A DNA stretch of 64,000 nt from positions 45,086-109,085 of the forward strand of contig CAYYQX010000002.1 of the NCBI GenBank assembly GCA_964473455.1. The letters run 5' to 3'. The notes beneath the pieces were generated by a model that saw nothing but the letters and a program-made list of their open reading frames with translations, was not told where the DNA came from and made no database searches. Positions 9,184 through 19,434 of the stretch are shown piece after piece. A program made the translations under genes and the position numbers. The stretch's first letter is position 1. Each line of letters begins with the position of its first letter. The stretch is from an uncultured Muribaculaceae bacterium. Its GTDB lineage: Bacteria; Bacillota_I; Bacilli_A; RF39; UBA660.

Positions 9184-10367
9184 TGAAGAAATTAGTACAA
9201 ATTAACGTTGTTTGTAATGGTTCTACTGGTAGAATTATGTGTGATATAGCAAAAGAAGCAAGTGATTTTGAGTCTTTTTGCTTTTTTGGTAGAGGAAAAC
9301 CTAACAAAGAACTTAATTGTATTAAAATTGATAATAAATTAGAAGTTTATTTTCATGTTTTTTTAACTAGAGTCTTTAATAAGCATGGACATGGATCATA
9401 CTTTGCTACTAAAAGAATGATTAAGAAATTAAAAAAAATCAATCCTGATGTTATCCATATGCACAATATTCATGGATATTATCTTAATTTAAAGTTGTTA
9501 TTTAATTATTTAAAGAATGATTATAAAGGTAAAACTATTTGGACTCTTCATGACTGTTGGCCTTTTACGGGTCACTGTAGCCATTTTACGATTGTTAAAT
9601 GTAATAAATGGAAAAAGGTATGTGGGAATTGTCCGCAAGTAAAAGAGTACCCAAAAGCCCTAATACTTGACACTTCAAAAGAAGAGTTTTTATTTAAAAA
9701 AGAATTGTTTACTAATGTTAATAATTTAACAATTGTTACGCCTTCTAAATGGTTAGCTAATTTAGTAAAAAAATCTTTTTTGAAAAAGTATAACGTTGAA
9801 GTTATAAATAATGGCATTGATTTAAATGTTTTTAAACCGACTTATGATGAAAGTATATATAATAAATATAGTATACCAAGAGATAAGAAAATAATACTCG
9901 GTGTAGCAAGTATTTGGACAGAAAAAAAAGGTCTAAATGACTTTATTAAACTCGCAAAATTTATTAGTAATGAATATGTTATAGTATTAGTAGGGAAGTT
10001 ATTGAAAAAAGGTATATTTCCTTCTAATATAATTCACATTAACAGGACTGATGATGCGGTGGAGTTAGCTAAGATATATACTATAGCTCATGTGTTTTTT
10101 AATCCGTCACATGAAGAAACTTTTTCACTAACTATTGCCGAAGCAAAAAATTGTGGCCTAGAGTCAATTGTTTTTGACACATCAGCACCAAAAGAGATCA
10201 CAAACAAAAATGATTGTGTTATAAAAAAGGCAATGTATAAAAAAGGTGACGATATATTTAATGAAATGAAAAAGTATATTGAAGAATTAAAACACGATAA
10301 AATTAAATTAACAAAAAAATATGATAAAAGTAGCATGATTGACGAGTATGTTTTTTTATATAGATAG
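9183..10367 (+). CDS. GT4-family glycosyltransferase
   Basis: 394 aa. N-domain motif HMHNIHGYY...TLHDCWPFTGHC and a C-terminal GT-B domain. Start overlaps the upstream stop. Confidence 0.5.
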   Translation: MKKLVQINVVCNGSTGRIMCDIAKEASDFESFCFFGRGKPNKELNCIKIDNKLEVYFHVFLTRVFNKHGHGSYFATKRMIKKLKKINPDVIHMHNIHGYYLNLKLLFNYLKNDYKGKTIWTLHDCWPFTGHCSHFTIVKCNKWKKVCGNCPQVKEYPKALILDTSKEEFLFKKELFTNVNNLTIVTPSKWLANLVKKSFLKKYNVEVINNGIDLNVFKPTYDESIYNKYSIPRDKKIILGVASIWTEKKGLNDFIKLAKFISNEYVIVLVGKLLKKGIFPSNIIHINRTDDAVELAKIYTIAHVFFNPSHEETFSLTIAEAKNCGLESIVFDTSAPKEITNKNDCVIKKAMYKKGDDIFNEMKKYIEELKHDKIKLTKKYDKSSMIDEYVFLYR

Positions 10368-12830
10368 GTGATGCAAATGAATATATTATACATTTCAACA
10401 GTTTGTTCAAATAAAAAATATAGTGAACTTTTTAAGTTATGTAACGGAAAAGTGTTTCCATCAATTCAGAACTTTCATAGTTCGATTTTATCAGGTTTAA
10501 AACAAAATGGTTGCAATATAACTGCTTTGTCTGGACTTACAGTTTCTCAAAAAACAACAAAAAAGATATTTTTTAAATATGATCACGAAATTGAAAATGG
10601 CATTACATACCGTTATCCGTTTTTTATTAATTTGATTGGTTTTAAACAATTCTTTATTGCATTTCAAATGTTAGTATTTATCATATTTTGGTTCTTTAAA
10701 AACACAAAAAAAGAAAAGTTTGTTATAATAGACTCATCTTATGTTTCTGTTTCATTTATTAGTTTATTTATCTCAAAAATATTAAATTTAAAAGTTGCTG
10801 CTATTGTTGCTGACATATATGACTATATGTCTGATAAGATTAATAAAAATAAGTCTTTACTAAAAAGAATTTTATCTTTTTTTTCAAGATTCTGTTGGAC
10901 TCATTATGATTTTTTTATTTTGTTAACAGAAGCAATGAACTTAGTTATTAATCAAAAGAATAAGCCATATTTTGTTATGGAAGGTATTGTTGAAAATGAT
11001 AAATTTTCAAATATTCCTAGTATAAAAAAACAATCGTCCGATGAAGTGATTTTTATGTATGCAGGCGGATTGCATAAAAAGTATGGTCTGAAAAGATTTA
11101 TAGATGCTTTTATAGAAATAGATAATCCAAAATTACAATTATGGCTTTTTGGCAGTGGTGATTTAGACTCATATATTGAAAAACTTAGCAAAAAAAACAT
11201 AATTTATTGGGGAAAAATGCCAAACGAAAAAATTTTAGAAATGGAAAAAAAAGCAGATATACTTATTAATCCTAGATTTTCTAAATCAGAATATACTAAA
11301 TATTCTTTCCCATCCAAAATTATTGAATATATGGCATCAGGAACACCTGTTCTAACTACTAAATTACCAGGAGTTCCAAAAGAATATGATAACTATATTT
11401 ATTGTTTTGATAGGGAAACAAAAAAAGGATTTATTGATAAAATAAATGAAATGATAAACATTTCAAGAGAAAAACTTATTGCAAAAGGAAAAACAGCCCA
11501 GGAGTTTATTTTTAAAAACAAGAATAGTACAGTTCAAACAAAAAAAATATTAAATAATATAAAAGAGATTAGTAATAAAAGCGAAAATTATATCGTTCCA
11601 AAAATTTCAAACAAAATATTTCAAACATATTTGTTAGTATTATTTGTAATGTTTTTATTCTTAAGTAGAAACACTTTATATTCTTCTTTATATCTTGGAG
11701 TTGAAAATTCTTATTATATTTTATTGGTAATGTCACTCCCTTTGTTATACAAATATTTTAAGAATACATTTGCTAGCGATATAAAAACCAGATTATTCAA
11801 AACATTCTGTACTTTTATAGCTTTTATTGTGGTGGTTACGCTTCTAAAAGGAGACTTTCAATCATATATATTTTCTACTATTGTTTCCCTTTGCATAGGA
11901 TATATTTATTCTAGAATGATCATTTTTGAAAAATTCAAAAGATTTTTTGTTCTTGTAATATGCCTGTTATCAATATCTTCCATTGTAAACCTCGTATTTA
12001 TAAAAACGCTTAGTGTAAATTCAACGATTTTAGAGTTTTTAAGAACCACAGGATTATATAAAATTAACTCGAGTGGAACACCATTTTTTTGCTTATTTAC
12101 TTCTTTTGTAGCGGACTTTAAAAACTATTTTAGAAATTTTTCGATTTTTACTGAGCCTGCTTTCTTTCAATTTTATATATTTTTTGCTTTTTTAATTGAA
12201 ATCTTTTCACAAAACAAAAACAAAATCAAAAAAATAATTATTTTATTATTAGCAGTTTTTTCCACTTTTTCTGCCGCTGGAATAATAATGCTTATCCTTA
12301 CATTTATATATTTTATTATCTATGGCATAGTATATAAAAAAAAGGAATATTTTTTGTGGATTTTTATAATCATATTAGCATTAGGAACAATTATGTTTTT
12401 TAACCATAACATATATATTTTATTTATTAATTCAGCAAAGAAAATATATACTTTTAATCAATCATCTGTTGCAAGATATGGTAGTATTTTGAATAATATT
12501 GTTGAATTTGTAAAAAGCCCAATAATAGGAAATAAATTTGATTTCATTATTATGGGAAGAACAATAACTAATACATTTTTTTCGTCCGCAGCTATTTTCG
12601 GTTTTGCTTTTCCTATATTCTTAATGACTATAATGTACAATACCGTGTCTAATATTTCAAAAAACAAATGGAATAAACTTTTTGCTTTTATTATTTTATT
12701 TTTGTCAATTAATAACCATATATTTTTTGGAGTCCAGTCCTTTTGGATTATATTTTTGCCGTTTGCTTTTGCAAATAAAAACACAATGACTAAGCCAAAT
12801 ACAAGCGAGAATGTTAATGGAAAAAATTAG
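10368..12830 (+). CDS. fusion protein: N-terminal GT4 glycosyltransferase plus C-terminal Wzy/O-antigen-polymerase-like polytopic domain
   Basis: 820 aa. Residues 1-400 carry GT4 motifs (GGLHKKYGLKRFIDAF, EYMASGTPVLTT). Residues about 400-820 have roughly 10 TM helices and a large loop (FTEPAFFQFYIFFAFL) resembling a Wzy_C domain. Confidence 0.5.
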   Translation: MMQMNILYISTVCSNKKYSELFKLCNGKVFPSIQNFHSSILSGLKQNGCNITALSGLTVSQKTTKKIFFKYDHEIENGITYRYPFFINLIGFKQFFIAFQMLVFIIFWFFKNTKKEKFVIIDSSYVSVSFISLFISKILNLKVAAIVADIYDYMSDKINKNKSLLKRILSFFSRFCWTHYDFFILLTEAMNLVINQKNKPYFVMEGIVENDKFSNIPSIKKQSSDEVIFMYAGGLHKKYGLKRFIDAFIEIDNPKLQLWLFGSGDLDSYIEKLSKKNIIYWGKMPNEKILEMEKKADILINPRFSKSEYTKYSFPSKIIEYMASGTPVLTTKLPGVPKEYDNYIYCFDRETKKGFIDKINEMINISREKLIAKGKTAQEFIFKNKNSTVQTKKILNNIKEISNKSENYIVPKISNKIFQTYLLVLFVMFLFLSRNTLYSSLYLGVENSYYILLVMSLPLLYKYFKNTFASDIKTRLFKTFCTFIAFIVVVTLLKGDFQSYIFSTIVSLCIGYIYSRMIIFEKFKRFFVLVICLLSISSIVNLVFIKTLSVNSTILEFLRTTGLYKINSSGTPFFCLFTSFVADFKNYFRNFSIFTEPAFFQFYIFFAFLIEIFSQNKNKIKKIIILLLAVFSTFSAAGIIMLILTFIYFIIYGIVYKKKEYFLWIFIIILALGTIMFFNHNIYILFINSAKKIYTFNQSSVARYGSILNNIVEFVKSPIIGNKFDFIIMGRTITNTFFSSAAIFGFAFPIFLMTIMYNTVSNISKNKWNKLFAFIILFLSINNHIFFGVQSFWIIFLPFAFANKNTMTKPNTSENVNGKN

Positions 12831-12855
12831 GTAAAATTAAATAAGGAGAAAAAGC

Positions 12856-13728
12856 GTGAAAAATAGTGAGTTGAAAAATTTATCAAAAAGAAAAGCAGAA
12901 TTTTTAAAAGGATTACATGAGTGTGAACTAAATATATTAAAAGAAGTAACTAGAGTTTGCAAAAAACTAAATATAAAATACTATCTTGATGGTGGTACAA
13001 TGTTAGGTGCAATTAGACATCAAGGATTTATTCCATGGGATGATGATATTGATGTTTTCATGCTAAGAGAGGATTACGAGAGGTTTTTAATAGAAGCCCC
13101 AAAACATCTAAATAAAAAATACTTTTTACAAACATATAACAGTGATAAAAATTACTTAAATTCTTTTGCAAAAATGAGGAACAGCGAAACAACTTTTATT
13201 GAAAAGACTGTAAAAAAAGTAAACTCAAATCACGGAGTATATATTGACATTTTTGTATATGATAATTATAACCCAGTACTTAGTGTTAATAACACCATAC
13301 TAAACCTATTGCTGAAATGGTATAACTTAAAATTATACAAATATTACTGTGTATCAACACGAAAACGAAAAATAAAAAGTGCAATATCTAAAACTTTGTT
13401 CTTCTATTTCAAATCTATCACAAAACAACTCATAAAAAAAGATAAAATTATTCAATATTATAAAAATAAACCCTGTAAATATGTAAGAAGTTATTCTTCA
13501 ACTTATTCATTAGAAAGAGCTATCTTTAAAAAAGAATGGCTTGGAAAAGGCAAACTAGTAAAATTTGAAGATATTGAAGCATACGTTCCTGAAAATTATG
13601 ATATGTGGTTAAAAACCATATATGGTGATTATATGAAATTACCTCCAAAAGAAAAAAGAAAACCTCATCATGATTGTGAAATGATTGATCTAAACAAATC
13701 ATATTTGGAATATAAAAAAGGAAAGTGA
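12856..13728 (+). CDS. LicD-family phosphotransferase (polyol-phosphate or phosphocholine transferase)
   Basis: 290 aa. Canonical LicD motif YYLDGGTMLGAIRHQGFIPWDDDIDVFM. The gene ends with a TGA stop, which confirms genetic code 11. Confidence 0.8.
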   Translation: MKNSELKNLSKRKAEFLKGLHECELNILKEVTRVCKKLNIKYYLDGGTMLGAIRHQGFIPWDDDIDVFMLREDYERFLIEAPKHLNKKYFLQTYNSDKNYLNSFAKMRNSETTFIEKTVKKVNSNHGVYIDIFVYDNYNPVLSVNNTILNLLLKWYNLKLYKYYCVSTRKRKIKSAISKTLFFYFKSITKQLIKKDKIIQYYKNKPCKYVRSYSSTYSLERAIFKKEWLGKGKLVKFEDIEAYVPENYDMWLKTIYGDYMKLPPKEKRKPHHDCEMIDLNKSYLEYKKGK

Positions 13729-13737
13729 GAAATAAGT

Positions 13738-14463
13738 ATGAATATAGCAATTATAACTGCTGGTGGGATTGGGGCAAGAATGGGCAACAAAACGCCAAAA
13801 CAATTTATAAAAATAAATAAAAAACCAATAATCGTTTATACACTAGAAAGATTTGAAAATAATGATAATATTGATAAAATTATATTAGTTTGTTTAAAAA
13901 AATGGCAAAAAAAACTAGAAAAATTTACTATAGATTATAACATTACAAAAGTGTGCTCAATAATAGAAGGCGGGGAAACTAACTTTGAAAGTATAAAAAA
14001 AGGTGTAATGGAAGCACATAGCAAATTTAAAGATGATGATATTGTTATAATGCACGATGGTATTAGGCCAAATGTCTCAGGCGAAGTCATAGATGACTCG
14101 CTTAGAGTTTGCAAAGAATTTGGGAATAGCACATCAGTAATACAATGTGTTGAAGTAATGATGCTTACAGAAGATAAAATATGTTCTACAAGTCATGTTC
14201 ATAGAGATAAGCTAATGAGAGCGCAAACTCCACAAGCTTTCCATATTGGAGAACTTATTGAATTATACAAAGAGGCAGATAAAAAAGGAATTACTAATTC
14301 TACTTCGTTGTGCTCACTGTTTGTGGAACTAGGAAGAAAAGTATATTTATCAAAAGGATCAGAAGCAAATATAAAATTAACAGTCCCAGTAGATATAGAA
14401 ATACTTAAAACACTATTAAAAAATGAAAGAAGAGTTAATAATGCTAGAAAAAATGAAAAATAA
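13738..14463 (+). CDS. tarI: ribitol-5-phosphate cytidylyltransferase-like (TarI/IspD family, CDP-polyol synthase)
   Basis: 241 aa. N-terminus IAIITAGGIGARMGN..PKQF...KPII matches the TarI/IspD signature closely (TarI: AGGIGSRMGN..PKQF..KPIL). Confidence 0.75.
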   Translation: MNIAIITAGGIGARMGNKTPKQFIKINKKPIIVYTLERFENNDNIDKIILVCLKKWQKKLEKFTIDYNITKVCSIIEGGETNFESIKKGVMEAHSKFKDDDIVIMHDGIRPNVSGEVIDDSLRVCKEFGNSTSVIQCVEVMMLTEDKICSTSHVHRDKLMRAQTPQAFHIGELIELYKEADKKGITNSTSLCSLFVELGRKVYLSKGSEANIKLTVPVDIEILKTLLKNERRVNNARKNEK

Positions 14464-15355
14464 AATAGTTTTTATAAGTGGTGCTGGGGGAATGATTGGA
14501 AAGTCTTTGACTGATTACTTATTGAAAAACAACGCTAAAGTAATCGCAAATACAAGAAGTCCAATGGAAACAAAAGCAATTAACCATATTCAAGATATAA
14601 CAGAGCCTTTAAATTATAAAGGAAAAATTGACTATATAATTCATTTAGGTGCATTATCAAATCCTAAAGCATTTAAAGAAAATCCAGTTGAAGTAATGAC
14701 TTCTAACTTTCTTGGCATAAAAAACTTATTAGATTACGCAAAAGTAAATAAAGAAACTAGAGTTTTGTATGTATCAAGCGGTGAAATTTATGGCATAACA
14801 GAAGAGGAATTAAAAGAAGAAGTAACAGGATACGTAGAAATATTAAATTCTAGGAGTTGTTATCCTATGAGTAAAAGGGCAAGCGAAACACTATGTATTA
14901 GCTATATGCAGGAATATGGTGTTGATGTTGTTATTGCAAGACCTTGCCATATATTTGGTATACCTACAGAACAAGATAATAGAGTATACGCTCAATTTAT
15001 AAAAAATATAGAAAATGATGAAGATATTGTTTTAAAAAGTGAAGGAAAAGATATAAGAAGCTATTGTTATGTAAAAGATTGTGTTACAGCTCTTATAACG
15101 ATTCTTTTAAAAGGTAAAAAAGGCGAAGCATATAATATAGCAAATGGTAAAATTTCAATTAAAGAATTAGCAAATATCATTGCCAAAATTGGTAATAAAA
15201 AAGTTATATATAAAATACCAACTTCAGATGAAATAAAGGTTTTTAACCCGATGAGCAACGCTTCCTTAAACTATGATAAATTAAAAAATTTAGGATGGGA
15301 GCCAAAATATACTGTTGAACAAGGATTTAGAGAAATAATAAAAAAACATAAGTAA
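14441..15355 (+). CDS. SDR-family NAD(P)-dependent oxidoreductase, putative polyol-phosphate (ribulose-5-P) reductase, like the Bcs1 reductase half
   Basis: ORF track gives 14423..15355. The internal start MLEKMKNKIVFISGAGGMIGKSL is probably the true start. Extended SDR fold. Overlaps the end of the TarI-like gene, suggesting an operon for CDP-polyol synthesis. Confidence 0.45.
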   Translation: MLEKMKNKIVFISGAGGMIGKSLTDYLLKNNAKVIANTRSPMETKAINHIQDITEPLNYKGKIDYIIHLGALSNPKAFKENPVEVMTSNFLGIKNLLDYAKVNKETRVLYVSSGEIYGITEEELKEEVTGYVEILNSRSCYPMSKRASETLCISYMQEYGVDVVIARPCHIFGIPTEQDNRVYAQFIKNIENDEDIVLKSEGKDIRSYCYVKDCVTALITILLKGKKGEAYNIANGKISIKELANIIAKIGNKKVIYKIPTSDEIKVFNPMSNASLNYDKLKNLGWEPKYTVEQGFREIIKKHK

Positions 15356-15369
15356 TTAACTTATGTTTT

Positions 15370-17160
15370 TTATTGACTATTATCCGCAACATACTTAGAT
15401 ATATACAAAATAATACTCTTATTACTAATCTTATCCAATCTTTTATTTGCTGGAATAGATTGACCTATAATAGTTCCATTAGAAGAACTACTTTCCTTAG
15501 ATACAAACGAAACACTAAATCCATTATTAGTAAGCCAGTTTTTCGCACTTACTTGCGTATATGACGTAAAATTAGGCAAAACACTATAAAATGTATTACT
15601 AGTAAACTCTGATCCAATAATAGGCTTTAAATAGGTATTATTAGGACTATAGTTAAATGAAGTAGAGTAATTGTTTGTAATGCCTAAATTATTCTTCATC
15701 GAACTTACTACCGCATTAACACTGTCTTTATTTAAAATATAATCCCATAATACTAATTGCATATTCTCATCATATATCATTTGACCATTACCTTGAAGAA
15801 GTAGGGAATCAATATTTACTTCATTATTATTAGTAATTAATATTTCTTTAGCTAAATCATAAAACGATAATATCTGATTAGTAGTAAAATTGGTATCAAC
15901 ATTATTTGCTATAGCCTCTAATACCTTAGATACTTGATCAACACTATTAACTGTTTTTAACTTTTCAATAATTGAATTGATTAATAATTGTTGATTTTGT
16001 TCACGATCTAAATCTCCATTAGTTAAACTATTTCTATTTCTAGCAAGCACTAAAGCTTGCTCACCGTTTAATGTTTGAAGGCCTTTATTAATACAAACAG
16101 CAGTACTACTACGATCACTGTCTCCTGTACACAAATATTGAGGAACATCAACTGTAACGCCACCTAACGCATTAACAAGTTTAACAACGCCTTTAAAATT
16201 AATCATTACGTAATAATCAACAGGAATATCAAAGTAAGCTTCTATTGTATCAATAGTACAACTAGCTCCATACCAAGAAGAGTGGGTGATTTTGTTTTCT
16301 ATTTTATCTTCAAAACAAGTAATAGGAACATAACTATCTCTTGGAATACTAACCATTGTAATATTTGAAGTATTAGGGTTTATTGTAAGTAAAATTAACG
16401 AGTCACCATTAGCTGTACTACTGTTGATACCTTCGCTTTCTGAATCAACACCAATTAGTAATATACTAAAAGGATCATTGATATCTTTGTTAGAAATTAT
16501 TTCTTCTTTTTCTAATTCTTTTGTTTTTGTAACAATAGTTTTAGTTTCTGAACTAATGTTAATAAATTTTTCAATTGAAGTAAACATAGAAATATAGTTA
16601 CTAGTAATGAATATTGCTTCAACTTCTTTATCATATAAAGCTGATAATAAAGTCGCAAAACTACTATATGTTTGTAAATCTAAGTTAAGATTATTTTCAG
16701 TTATTATTTCATTACTAATAACATATCCTTCAATAGAAGTGACATCATCTATAATACCGACCTTTTTAGTATTAATGTTTTCTAGAGTTACTGTAGAATC
16801 AGATAGAACAACTAAGCTAGTAGAGTAGGTTGAAAAGTTTTTACTAACTTCATCAATAGATGAATATACTTTATTTATAATTAAACTTCCAAAAACATTT
16901 ACGACGATATAAACAATTAGAAAAAGCATAAAAATAGTATATCCAGTAAATTTCTGCTTCTTTTTTAAAAAGTTAATCATTTCTGTAAATATTAAAACAT
17001 CTAGTGCTAGTAAAAGACCCATACCTAGATATCTACCTGTATTTTCAATACCATTTAGTAAAAATACATTATATAATAAATAGGCATTAGTAACTAAAGC
17101 TACTATTGATAATAAAAAAATGTTTAATTTTTTAAAAACCACTTTTTTTTGCTTTTTCAT
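15370..17160 (-). CDS. LytR-CpsA-Psr (LCP) family glycopolymer-to-peptidoglycan ligase with a C-terminal PASTA-like domain
   Basis: 596 aa. N-terminal TM helices. LCP core motif DSLILLTINPNTSNITMVSIPRDSYVPI. The C-terminal roughly 70 aa (AKNWLTNNGFSVSF...GTIIGQSIPANKRL...ILYIS) fits a PASTA fold. Confidence 0.7.
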   Translation of the reverse strand: MKKQKKVVFKKLNIFLLSIVALVTNAYLLYNVFLLNGIENTGRYLGMGLLLALDVLIFTEMINFLKKKQKFTGYTIFMLFLIVYIVVNVFGSLIINKVYSSIDEVSKNFSTYSTSLVVLSDSTVTLENINTKKVGIIDDVTSIEGYVISNEIITENNLNLDLQTYSSFATLLSALYDKEVEAIFITSNYISMFTSIEKFINISSETKTIVTKTKELEKEEIISNKDINDPFSILLIGVDSESEGINSSTANGDSLILLTINPNTSNITMVSIPRDSYVPITCFEDKIENKITHSSWYGASCTIDTIEAYFDIPVDYYVMINFKGVVKLVNALGGVTVDVPQYLCTGDSDRSSTAVCINKGLQTLNGEQALVLARNRNSLTNGDLDREQNQQLLINSIIEKLKTVNSVDQVSKVLEAIANNVDTNFTTNQILSFYDLAKEILITNNNEVNIDSLLLQGNGQMIYDENMQLVLWDYILNKDSVNAVVSSMKNNLGITNNYSTSFNYSPNNTYLKPIIGSEFTSNTFYSVLPNFTSYTQVSAKNWLTNNGFSVSFVSKESSSSNGTIIGQSIPANKRLDKISNKSIILYISKYVADNSQ

Positions 17161-17306
17161 ATGTTCACCTTCTTAATTATATATTATATAAAAAGTTTAG
17201 TAAAGAATTAAAAAATGATAAATATTTATTGTATTTAATTTAACAAAATTTCAGTATGTCGGAAATTCAGGCACACTGAAAAAGATAACAAAAGAGTAGT
17301 TGAGTT

Positions 17307-17323
17307 GTCGCAAATTTTGCGAC
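17307..17323. promoter_or_regulatory. inverted repeat gtcgcaaa-t-tttgcgac (8-bp perfect arms) in the divergent intergenic region; putative operator
   Basis: Read directly from the sequence. Lies between the LCP gene start (17160) and the 17428 gene. Additional hairpins at 17249-17280 and 17335-17360. Confidence 0.35.
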
Positions 17324-17427
17324 ACTTCAAAAAGAGAGAACAAGCAGGATCTTGCTCTTCTACTGGAATTTTCGGTAGAAATTAAAAAAGAAATTAAAAA
17401 GTAATTTAATTTAATGAAAAAATTAAT

Positions 17428-19434
17428 ATGATGTGTTATACTAAAAATGTGATGAATATGAAAAGGTATCTCAATAAATTAAATGTGATTTCATTAATTA
17501 TTGCCATATATCTTGTTGTTGGAACAGCAACATTTTTTAGTGACAGCAGTATAAGTAGTATTTTATTTTTAATTGCTTTAATTATTCCTTTATTTTTTTT
17601 AGTTAGATTATTATTAAAATACTTATTAAAAAAAGAAATAAAATTAGAGAAGAACCCTAAAATAAATAAAAAAGAAATATTTATTTATTTTTTAGTAATC
17701 TTCTTTTCTTTTTTAATATACTATTTAGCTTTTTATCCTGGTGGCACATCACCTGATGTTTTAAATCAATGGAAACAAGTAATTACAAACTCATATAATG
17801 ATTGGCACCCCTTTATTCATACGTTGCTTTTTTTTAAACTTCCTTCCTTAATCACTCAAAATATTACTGTTACAGTCTTATTTCAAATAGTTTTTATATC
17901 AATCATTTTAACATTTACCTTATATTTGTTGAGAAAATTAGGTTTTAGCAAAAAAATAATGTTTATATTTATTATTCTATTTATGTTAAACCCAGAAAAT
18001 GGGCGAATGGCAACTATGCCTTGGAAAGATATACCATATTCTTACATGATTTTAACTTTAACCGTTATGTTGATGCACATAGTAAAAACAAATGGAGCTT
18101 GGTTAAAGGAGAATAAAAATCTAATAATGTTAGCTATCTTTTCTTTCTTAATGATCATGTTTAGACATAATGGTATATTGTGTTTCATTCCTTTATTTTT
18201 AAGTATAATTTTATTTTACAAAGAAAAAAGGAAATTAGTGTCTGTTATCTTTATTGGAATATTAGTATTTAAATTCATTTTAACAGGCCCAATATACGGC
18301 TTAATTGGAGTAGGAAACCATTCAGCAACATTTTCTGAATCAATGGGTATTCCGAATAATCAAATAGCTTACATAGTAGTAAACAACGGTTATATAACAG
18401 AAGAACAAATGAAAACTTTTAATAAATTTGGTGATGTTGATAGTTGGAAAACATATTTTCACCCAACTAGTTTCAATGATATAAAATACTACGCCATCTA
18501 TAACAGAAAATTTGCTGAAGAAAACAAAACGGAATATTTAAAATTTTATTTGGCATTAGTAAAGCAAAATACAGGCATGGCTATAAAGTCTTATATATAT
18601 GTTACAAGTCCGATATGGAGTTTAAAATATATTTCTCAAGGCACATATAAAGAAAGTTTTTTACTTGATAATTCGTTGCCTAGCAAGATATCAAAAGCTT
18701 TAAATGATAATATTAACAACTACGAAACTTGGCTTCAAAAACTAGGAATAGCTAATATCTTCTTTAGCTATGGTGCAAGTTTATTTATAATAATGTTCTC
18801 TCTATTACTAATTACTTTAAAATCTAAATTTTATTTAAAAAAACATTTACCATATATACTAGTAATATTTAATACAATAGCTATCTCTCTATTAATAACG
18901 GGCGGGGAGTTAAGATTTGTTTACTGCAACATATTATGTGTAATTCCAATAATTTTATACGGCTTAACTAATATTACTAAAACAAACGAAAACAGCGATA
19001 ATAAGACACTTTTATACACATTATTTGTTCAAAAAACAAAGAATTCTTGGTTACAATTATTTAGATATTTGTTCGTTGGCGGGATCGCAGCTGTTGTAAA
19101 TATTGGTTCTTTATATATATTTACGTCATGGTTAAATATCTACTATATAATATCAAATATCTTAGGCTTTATATTAGGCTTAATTGTAAATTATTTATTA
19201 AGCAAAGCATTCATTTTTACTGATTGTAAGGTAAATAAGAAAAAAGAATTTTTTGATTATACAGTTATTGGCATTATAGGAGTTTGTATAGATACACTAC
19301 TAATGTTTGTCTTTACGTCATGGATTGGGTTATTTTATTTAATCAGTAAAATAATTTCAACACTGTTAACCTTTATTTGGAACTTTGTTGCGAGAAAATT
19401 TATGTATAAAATATATGAAAGAAGGATAAAATGA
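17428..19434 (+). CDS. large polytopic membrane protein (GT-C-like) fused to a C-terminal GtrA-family domain
   Basis: 668 aa. The last roughly 125 aa ([22 protein letters not shown]....[12 protein letters not shown]) form a 4-TM GtrA-like module. The N-terminal roughly 540 aa have more than 10 TM helices with motifs FYPGGTSPD and NDWHP. The true start may be the internal ATG near 17455. Confidence 0.5.
   Translation: MMCYTKNVMNMKRYLNKLNVISLIIAIYLVVGTATFFSDSSISSILFLIALIIPLFFLVRLLLKYLLKKEIKLEKNPKINKKEIFIYFLVIFFSFLIYYLAFYPGGTSPDVLNQWKQVITNSYNDWHPFIHTLLFFKLPSLITQNITVTVLFQIVFISIILTFTLYLLRKLGFSKKIMFIFIILFMLNPENGRMATMPWKDIPYSYMILTLTVMLMHIVKTNGAWLKENKNLIMLAIFSFLMIMFRHNGILCFIPLFLSIILFYKEKRKLVSVIFIGILVFKFILTGPIYGLIGVGNHSATFSESMGIPNNQIAYIVVNNGYITEEQMKTFNKFGDVDSWKTYFHPTSFNDIKYYAIYNRKFAEENKTEYLKFYLALVKQNTGMAIKSYIYVTSPIWSLKYISQGTYKESFLLDNSLPSKISKALNDNINNYETWLQKLGIANIFFSYGASLFIIMFSLLLITLKSKFYLKKHLPYILVIFNTIAISLLITGGELRFVYCNILCVIPIILYGLTNITKTNENSDNKTLLYTLFVQKTKNSWLQLFRYLFVGGIAAVVNIGSLYIFTSWLNIYYIISNILGFILGLIVNYLLSKAFIFTDCKVNKKKEFFDYTVIGIIGVCIDTLLMFVFTSWIGLFYLISKIISTLLTFIWNFVARKFMYKIYERRIK

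Noticed and set aside
9183-10367. Candidate for the missing FnlC/Cap5G UDP-GlcNAc 2-epimerase
   Set aside because: The sequence shows GT4-like motifs (HMHNIHGYY...TLHDCWPFTGHC, GT-B C-domain) instead of the 2-epimerase N-terminal FGTRPEAIK signature.
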